The notes below the pieces were generated by a model. That model worked only from the letters and a program-made list of their open reading frames with translations. It had not been told where the DNA came from and searched no databases. A program made the position numbers and the translations under genes. Shown here piece after piece: positions 44,563 through 53,500 of a stretch of 64,000 bases of DNA (within the stretch, counting starts at the first letter, position 1; every line of letters starts with the position of its first letter). The DNA is from an uncultured Planctomycetia bacterium (GTDB taxonomy: Bacteria > Omnitrophota > Gorgyraeia > 2-02-FULL-51-18 > JAGOUK01): NCBI GenBank assembly GCA_964430735.1, contig CAYSFB010000002.1, positions 222,027 through 286,026 of the forward strand, given 5' to 3'.

Positions 44563-47500
44563 TTAAGATCTCTCAGTTGACTCGATCCATTTATCAATAG
44601 CATGCTTGAGATCCACAGGACTTAACAACCCATCTTCTGCATAGGCGCTTAAGTCCACCTGAAGACTATCTCTGATTATATCAGTGACAACCTCACTACA
44701 GAATTTACGTAGAGCAGGGTCTCCGAATGCCTTGGTTCTTTCCGATAGGAGGTACGCCCACCAGTACGACTGACCTATGATGGGCTTTGAGGGGTCAGCA
44801 CTCACTAGGGCGCCGGGATAGTCATAGTTAAGAATGGTGTTGGGATGCATTGTTGATTCGTCTATATACGCTTTAGACAGGTGGGATTGTATTGTTCTTG
44901 CACTTTCAATATCGATCGGCAACTCCTGCACCTCAATATCTAAATACTTCCCGTGCCAGTCATCAAATGGCATCACAACAAGATCGGTCTGCAAATCAAC
45001 TCCCATTGACTGATTGACCTGTCTGCCCGTGTTCTGAACCTCAATGATATATGGCTTTCCGTCCGACGCTGCGAATAGCATCGCCGAATGGTTGTAACCC
45101 ACTGCGTCCCGCCCCGGGATCGTCGACCCTTGTCTGATCACAAGACCTGTTGCGTCTGCTCCAACCACATGAATAACGGCCACTTTGCCTTGGGCAGCAA
45201 GAGCCAATGCTTTTTGCACATGATCATTCTTATGCTGCTTGATCTCTGATTCGGTTCTGGCCCCGTATCGGTTCCAGATCTGATTGAATATCCTCTCGTA
45301 TGATTCGGATGCAGAGAGGCCGGCGTCTTTGATTTTTTGATTAACCACGGCTAATTTTGCTGCGGCGATTTCATTTGATGCGCTCAGGTTAAGCTTGATG
45401 CGGTCGCCAAGCTTTTCCCATTCGAGCCGAAGGCCGTCCAGGTCGCTTGCTTTGATATCGGCCTGTTCGATGATTACTTCTTCCGGAGCCACCGCCCTGA
45501 ATAGCGTGTTCTGCTTGGTGATATCGCCATCCGTGATCTTGATGTGAATATCATTGGATTCGATGTCCCAATCAAGCTCGTCTTGAGGCGATTCGCTGAC
45601 AATGCTTCCGTCGGATGACCAGGCTAGATCCGAGCCTGGCGTGAAGCGGACTTCTTGGGCTGCGCCGCCCGGGACTTGGGGTGGATGCTGCATCAGAATG
45701 TGGACGATAATTCCATTTGAGACTTGATAAGTTCTCCGCGTGCCGTCCGGATCCAGATAGACCGCCTCGCCCTCCCAAAGCCGCACTTGCCCGTCAGGAT
45801 CCAGCGTCATGACGCCGCTCAAGAGACGATTGGGGCCACTCAACTCCACGATCTTATCGGTCGCGAGATCGACCAGAATATACTCGTTCGCCGCTGAGTC
45901 CGGATTGATCGAGACTTTGCGGTAGTTCCGGCCTCCGATCTCAACGCGCGTGGCTGGATCGGTCAGCTGGTAATTGATGTAGCTTTTAATGGAGTCATAC
46001 GTCTCAAGAATCCTCTCCATCAATTGCTGGCGGAGAATTGTCGTCGCGTGTTGTTCGAGAACTTCCGCAAGACCCCCTTGGGTCTTAAGTACCAGGTCTG
46101 TGAAGAGCCTAATGCCGCTCAAGCCTTGAAAAGTTTCAGCGAACCGGATCGTGAATTGGGTTACGGAATCTTTAAGACCGTCGAACACCCTTGCAAAAAC
46201 ATTCCGCTGGTCGCCGGACCCGTTTTTTACAAGACCGCTGACGGCACCCAAAAATAGCTCGGAGCCGAGCGCGCTCTCGAAGGGATCAAGGCCTGCCGTC
46301 TCACCGACCTTGTCGAGACTGATTTGAACGAGCTTGGTTGCGATGGTCCGTAATCCGTCTTCGACCGATGCGATGGTGCCGCGGATGAGTCCTGCAGGAT
46401 CGAAGATTCCTCCGAAAACGCCTCCTGCGACTGAACCAACAATGCTCGTGATCCGAGGATCGAGTCCAATGGAGCTGCCGAGCTTGTTGATGCCATAGGC
46501 TGTGAGCTCCTGCGCCAAGAACGGCCGGATCGTCGTGAATATCTCTCCGATCTTCCCCTGCCATGCTCCGCCAGCGAGGGCTCCGGCTGTGACTGAGAGA
46601 ATGTCAGTCAAAGAGGAATCCATACCTGAGGCTGATAAGAGCGTCTTGGCTCCGGCCTGGACTGCACCCCTCAATCCCGCCTGCAGAAAAAGACTCGAGC
46701 TGAACCCCGTAGGCGAGATTCCGCCTAGGAAGCCTCCGGTCAAAAACCCTGTGAGGACGCTCGAGATGCCCGGGTTTACTCCAAGGGCATCCAGTCCCCT
46801 CTGCAGCCCGTAGTTCAACCCCACCGTGATGGCCGACTTAAACAATGACCCTGCGGTCAGACTATTCAAGCTCAGGCCAAAGAACCCGCCTTGAGTGGCC
46901 GGGGCGAAGAGACTGGTCAGCCCTCCTCCGAACAGATGCGTCCCTGCGAACTTAAGGCCCGTAAAAGCCGCCTTAGCGAGAGTCCCGATACCCTGGATCA
47001 CCCCGCCCAGGATCTGCCCCAGAGAGATGATGATGTTTCCGATGATAGCCCCGATCGAGGCGATGATGCCTCCGATGGCGGCAAGGATGCCTCCGATGGC
47101 GGCGGTGATGCTCGTGATGGCTCCGATGATGGCGGGGATGAGGAAGAAAAAGGCGCCTTTGATCTCCTTGGACTCTCGGACAGAGATCTTCTGGTTGGCC
47201 AAGGCCGGCGGCGCATGGGCATCCGGAAGCAGAGAGGTTCCTTGCCAGATCTTGAGGAATTCTTCTTTGGAGAGGACTTTGACTTCCCCGTTATCCAGGA
47301 AGGTGACTTCCGACTGCGTGGCTTTGACGAGATTCACATAGTGCTTGCCGTCGACGTGGAGGACGGGTCTGGCGGAGTCGTTGTTGAGCGAGAAGACCCT
47401 AAGGTCCTCATAAGTCAGCTTGAAGCCCGAAGCGGGCGCGCCGTAGAGAGCGGCGGTGCGGCTCATTGCGAAGAGACTCACGAGCATCTCTTCGCCGGGC

Positions 47501-50500
47501 TTAAGGAACGGGTGGATCTGACCGGTGAGGATGTCGACGAGGATCATCCGGGAAGCCAGCTCCGTGCGGTCGGACTCGGTAAAGGTCTGGCCGCGTGACT
47601 TTAAGAGCTCGATCAAGGGATCGATGGCGCTTTCTGCGAAGTGAAGGGATTGGGATTCCAGAAAGGCCTTGAGCTTGGCGACTTCCGAGGCGGTGAGGCT
47701 CACCGCTTCGGCCGACGTGAGGCCAAGCGATGTTAGAACGGCTTGGCGCTGAGAAGCGTCCAGCAGCGCGTCGAGGCGGCCGAAGATCGACTGAGTGATC
47801 GCGGCCTTGCGTGACGCGCGGCTCGTGCGCTCCGAAGACTGTGTGAGAGAAGTCCTCAGCGCCGAAGGTGCAGCAGCCTGCGTTTGAGCAGCAGCCAGCT
47901 CCGACGCGGACGGATCCCGACCCAGGATCTCGCGGTACACGTGGATCGTCACAGCCTTCTTCTCCTCGGTCCGGATCGAAACCTGGGATTTGGCGAACTC
48001 CGCGTCGAGATGCGCGAAGGCGCGGTCAAAGTCGGATTCGATCTGAAGCTTTTTTTGATCCAGCGCGGCAGAAAGCGCCGCCAGCTGACGGGACCTTTCC
48101 TCTTCGATCGCGGCCTTGGCCTCATCGATTTTGCGGATCACGTCACGGTAAGCGTCGAGCGTGGCGGACTTTTGCTTCTTTCCCGCGGAACCTTTGGCCT
48201 TTTGGCCTTCGAGCTCATTCAGGAGATTCTGATAGTGATTGCGCTGGTTGTTGAGATCCGCCTGCTGGAGATCGACCTGCGCCATAAAGTCCGACGTGAT
48301 GAGGGCCGCCTCCAGCGCCTGATCGGTGAGCGCTTCGAACTTTTGTCGCTCCGCCTGGATCTTCGCGTCAAAAAGCGCCTCGTCCAGCGCCCGGCGCTGG
48401 CCTTCGTTGCGGATCTCGACGAGCGCGTCCGACGCGTCGTAGACGTACTGCGTGAGCGTGTAGCCCTTTAAGTCATACACCGCGTCGATGCGGTCTGTGC
48501 CGGGAATATACGTCAGCACCGTCTTGTCCGCACGCGCGAGCGAAACCATCCGTCCGGCCGCGTCGTATGTCGAGACGATGGGCGTTTCGGCCTTGAGGGC
48601 CGAGCCGACCTGGGACTTCACCGCCTGCCAATTGACCTGACGGAAATTGAGATCGGTGTCATACACCAGCTTCGAACGGTCCAAGGGCGCTGCCCCTGAG
48701 GCGGCGGCATGCGTCTTCGTGAGCGTGAGAGCGGTCGAAGCTTTTTCCGCGCGGAGCTCGAATCCCGACGTGCCCAGGAGCGCTGACCGGCCGGCGGCGG
48801 CTTCGGCGAAGAACACACCCTCGAGCGACTTGGGATGGTTCAGGCGAACGGTCATCCTGTCGGGGCGCGCAGCGCCCTGCGGATAAACATACACTTCCGT
48901 GAAGTCGCCTTTGGCGAAAAATTCCACCGTGTACGGCTTGCCTGCCTCGTAGCGCATTCCGGTGGCGAACCAGCCGCTGCCGCTGTCGGCGCGGACCGTG
49001 CCGTCGGCGTCGAACTGAATGGCGATGCGGTGACTTGAGCCGTTGACAACGGTGAGGTCGTAACCAACAGTGAGACGCGATTGGGCTTCGACCTGGACGT
49101 CCGCCTTGCGCGCGAGCGCGTCAAAGAATGCGAGCTCATCCGCCGAATCTTCGGTAAGCGCCCGAACTCCGGAAGGCGCCTGACCCGGGGCGACGTCGAA
49201 CCGGGCCGTCAATGCCTGCTCGTACTCGTAACGCTTCATGACAGTCAAACGCGATGTCGGGATCACGCCCAGCATTTTGCGGACGCCCGGTTCGCCGATC
49301 ACGGTTTTTTCACCGTTCTTGCGCGCCACGTAATAAAACGGAAGGTCGTGCGAAGCGACGATCGTGCCGCCGCGTTCCATGTACTCGCGGGGGATATTCC
49401 GGGTCGAAATCGACAGCGGGCTCGAAGGATCGTAAACCGTCTCGGGCATCGCGCTCTGCAGCATCATGACCGCGGTCCCCTCTCCGCGCGTCGTGAAGAA
49501 TTCCTTGAGGTCCTGCGCCGAAAGGACCTTGAAGCCCTTCGCCGTGAGAATCTGCTTCATCATCAGAGCGAATCCGCCGCCCGTGCCGCCGTAGTATTCG
49601 GGATCGAAGTAAACGTACCGCTCGGACTCCTCCGCGTGCGAGGCCAGCGCGGCATAATCCGCCAAACGCGAAGGGTCGTTGTAGTAATTGGGGTCGTTTG
49701 CGCCGCCCCAGAGATAAACGAATCCCGAATCCGGATGCGCGGGAGAAAAATTCTTCTTCCATCCCGCCGCACCTCCGTCCGCCGACGCAAAAACCTCGAG
49801 CTCCGGCTCCTCCTCGAACTGGTACGCGGATCTCCATCCCGCGCCCGGAGCGTCCGCAAAATCGTCATAAGCGATCGAACGACCGGCGGCGTCGTAATAA
49901 CGGATGTCGCTCTTCACGTTCGAAAGAATCACGGCGCCTTCGCCGACGCGCTTCAGATCCTCGATGGCGCTGCCGGACATGCCGCCCTTGCGTCCGATCA
50001 TGGCGAAGCTGTCGCGATAACCGATCCCGCGGATCTTGGCGCTGCCCAGACTCTCGATCGCCTTCATAGCGCGCTCCGTCAGGTTCTTCGAACCTTCGTC
50101 CGCGACGGCCAGGGCCACGATATCCCCCGCCGGAACGCCTTCGATGAAGTCCGCCATCCGTTCGGCGTCCTGCGGACCGACGATGTAGGGATCGAACCAG
50201 TCTTTTTTGACCACTTTGCCGGACGCGTCCAGATGGACCAGCGCCCAGCCGCGCGTGAGGGAACGGTTCTGGGTCGACGTCTTTTCGATGTCAAAAGGGA
50301 TCAGGTCCTCGCCGTTCACCGTGATGGAAGCGTTCCATCCGTCCAGATAACCGTACGAGGCGACGCGCACGTCTGACGGGAGCCCGAGTCCCGCAACAGG
50401 CACGCGCTCGCTGTGGACGGAGCGGGTGTGCGTGATATTCCCCTGCGCGTCTTCGCGGAATCCGAAGTCAGTCGTGACACCCCTCGCGGCGTCCGTGATC

Positions 50501-53500
50501 CGCAGAAGACGCCCGGTCTTGTCGTATCGATAAACCTCGACGCCGCGCGTGACGTCGATGAAGGTGACGCGGCCGGCCGCGTCGCGCAGATATTTGGCGC
50601 GCGAGCCGTCGTCATGCGTCACTTCGTCGACAAGCCCTTCCTTGAGAAGCACGTTCTGATAACGGCCCGCGTCGGCCGCGACGTCGATCGACGTTCCGTC
50701 CTTGAGCAGGATCTTTTGGACGGTGTCGTCTTTGTAAAAAAGTGTCATGCCGTCGGCGGTCTTGGCCGAATAGAGCGCATGCTCCTCAAAAACCGCTCCC
50801 GCGTCGCCGGCGAGATCCGACTTCTTGTAGCGCAGCCCTTCAGCCGTCTCGATGAAGATCAGCTTGCCGGAAGGGTCGTAGATCTTGGCGAGTCCGGCCT
50901 CGTCGGTGATGCGCGTTTCGTTCCCCTCGTAGGAATAAGTAAACTTGGAAAGCTGCCGGCCCTTCCACGTCACGGCGGAGTGAGCGATCCGGTCGCCGTG
51001 CTCGGCGGTGTAACCGTAGGTCGTCAGAAGTCCCTCGGCGTCAGCGCTGGTGAGGAGCCGTCCCGCGTCGTATCGCTTCACCTCGTGTGTTTTGGCGTCC
51101 TCGATCACGGTGATCTCGCGGTCTCCCTCAAATTCGTAAGAGTAACGGTAAAGCGCCGCTCCGGTCTCGGACGCGACCTCGCGGATCTTCCCGTATTCGT
51201 ATCGCGTGATCGTGCGCGCTCCGCCCGCGGGACGCGTCGCCGTTTCCTTCACGCGGCCGTCGGCGTCGTAGACATACTCAGTCTCGGTGCCGTCCGCGGA
51301 CATCACACGGCTCGACCGCCCGTTCGCATACGCATAGGCCGACCCGTCCGCGCGCACGGAGCTGACCGCCTCGCCCGCCGTATTCACCGTCATCCGAATA
51401 TCCGCCGAACCCGGTGCGGAGACGCGGTTGAACGCGAGAGCCCTGGCCGGCCATCCGGAACCTCCGGGAAGCCGCGACAAAGACGGTTGACCCAGAACAT
51501 TCGCCGCATCCTGAGGCGTTAGAAAAAGCTCTGACTGATGCGCCTTGGCCTGCGCGGTATCCAGTTCAAAAAATCCCGCCTGCTCGACCTTGATCGTCCA
51601 CGTATCGGCCGCCTTTTGCGGCGGAATGAAGTCGATCGCCATGCTGAAAATGGGTGTCGTGACATCGCGGTCGACCGGAATGAGGACGGTCATGGGACCG
51701 CCAGTCACCTGCACTTCCCGGGCAAGTGCATCGAGCTCTGTGGCAGAACTGCCGAACGTCGGATGAATTCTCACAGTCGAGAGAAGCGGTGCGTTCTCCA
51801 CCCGCAGCTTGACGTAGATGTAACCGCCTTTTTTGACCTTCAAGTCCTGGAAATTGTCGAATTCGAACCGGACACCGGTCCGATCCGCAGCTGCGTTGAT
51901 CATCGTGGAGGAGATGATGATTTTGGATGCGGTATCGTCCTTCGGCTGGTTCAGATAAACTGCCTTGCCGGTCCCGTCGGCCAGCCGCACGCCGCTTTGA
52001 GAGTTGTATCGCGTCAGCAGGTTCCACCCGCCCTGCCCCTTCACCGGCCAATAGCCCGGATTCGCTCGTCCGTTGATCCAATCCACGAAGTCCACGCGCG
52101 CAAATCCGTAGTTGAATGCGGCCGCGCGCGTCACGAGGCCCGACGCGTCCCTGGCGAATTCAAAGGTCGTCAATTTGCCGTTCTCGGTGATGCTCGACAC
52201 CGTTCCGGATACATCGAACCGCACCTCCGTTCCGTCCGGCCGCAGTGTGCGTTCGAGCCGGCCTTCGGTGAGCGTGTGCAAGGTCCCGTCCTCGGTCAGG
52301 ATTTGACCGGAACGGAGCCTCCCCTCCGCATCCAAGACAGGATAAAAATAAGAGATACTGCCGTTCGAGACGGATTCGAGCCCGTTCTCGCCGTATGCGG
52401 CCGTGATCCCCTCGGCTTCGTAGCACACCAACCGCGACTGCGCATCGAAGGTCCGTTTTTCGAGGCCTTGCGCCGCATGCGTCTTGAGAATGCTGCCGTC
52501 GGGCGCAGTCTCATAAGTCAGGAGCGTCACCGTTCCGCCGGCGTCGATGCTCCGGACGAGCCGTCCGTTCTCAAAAAAGGTCTTTTCCCCGGACGCGGAA
52601 GACGCCTCGGTCAGGACTTTGTTCTCGAACCGGAGCTCCCAAGATACGCCCTGAGCGTCCCGCGCAAGCAACCGGTAGTCGTCCAGATCTCCCGACGCAT
52701 CGAACCCAAGTTCCGTGAGCATGTCGCCGTTTTCGCGCGTGATGCGGAACGGTTGTCCGGTCGCAGCGTCCAGTTCGACCATGTCTCCGGAAGCCGTGCG
52801 GTATTGCGTCAACACCATCTCATAACCGCCACTTCCGTTCGCCGCCGCTGCAATCGGATGATAGTCGTATTTGCGGCCGTCGGACATGCGCGTTTGAATG
52901 GGCTTCCCCAAATCGAAGCTCGTCACCGTTCCGTCGGGCTTGCGCTCTTCGACGGGCTGTCCGTCTTGATACCGGCGAACCGAGCCGTCCGGCAACCGCA
53001 CCGAAGCGTTCCGGATCTCCGTTCCGGACGCGCCGCCGAACACGATATTTTCGATGCGCGTGCCGTCGGCTTTTTCGACGCGGACCACTTTTTGGTCCTG
53101 ATAAAAAACCGTCTGCGCTTCCGCCGTGCCGGCGCCCGTCGTCACCGAACGGATCCCGCCCTGCGCGTCGTACGCCGTCTCAAGACCCGCGCGCTTCATC
53201 GTCATTCCGGCCAGATTCCCGTAAGCGCTTTCTTCAAATAAAAAGTCCGTCGTCCCCGACTGCCCGGTCGAGCGTTTGAGCAACCCGTCCTCAAATTCGG
53301 AGATGGAACCGTCCCTCAGGACCGTCCGCAGGATCTGCCCGTCGGCGTCATAGTCGGCGGAAAGAAGCTCGGGCAGACTGACGCCGGACAAGAGGGCGGC
53401 TGACGATGCGGCGGACGCAAGCGCCGTCCGCGCGGCGGCATCGGACGCGAGGACCGGCGCGGTCAAAGTCTTCGGATCGACCGACGCGACGTTCCTGGAT

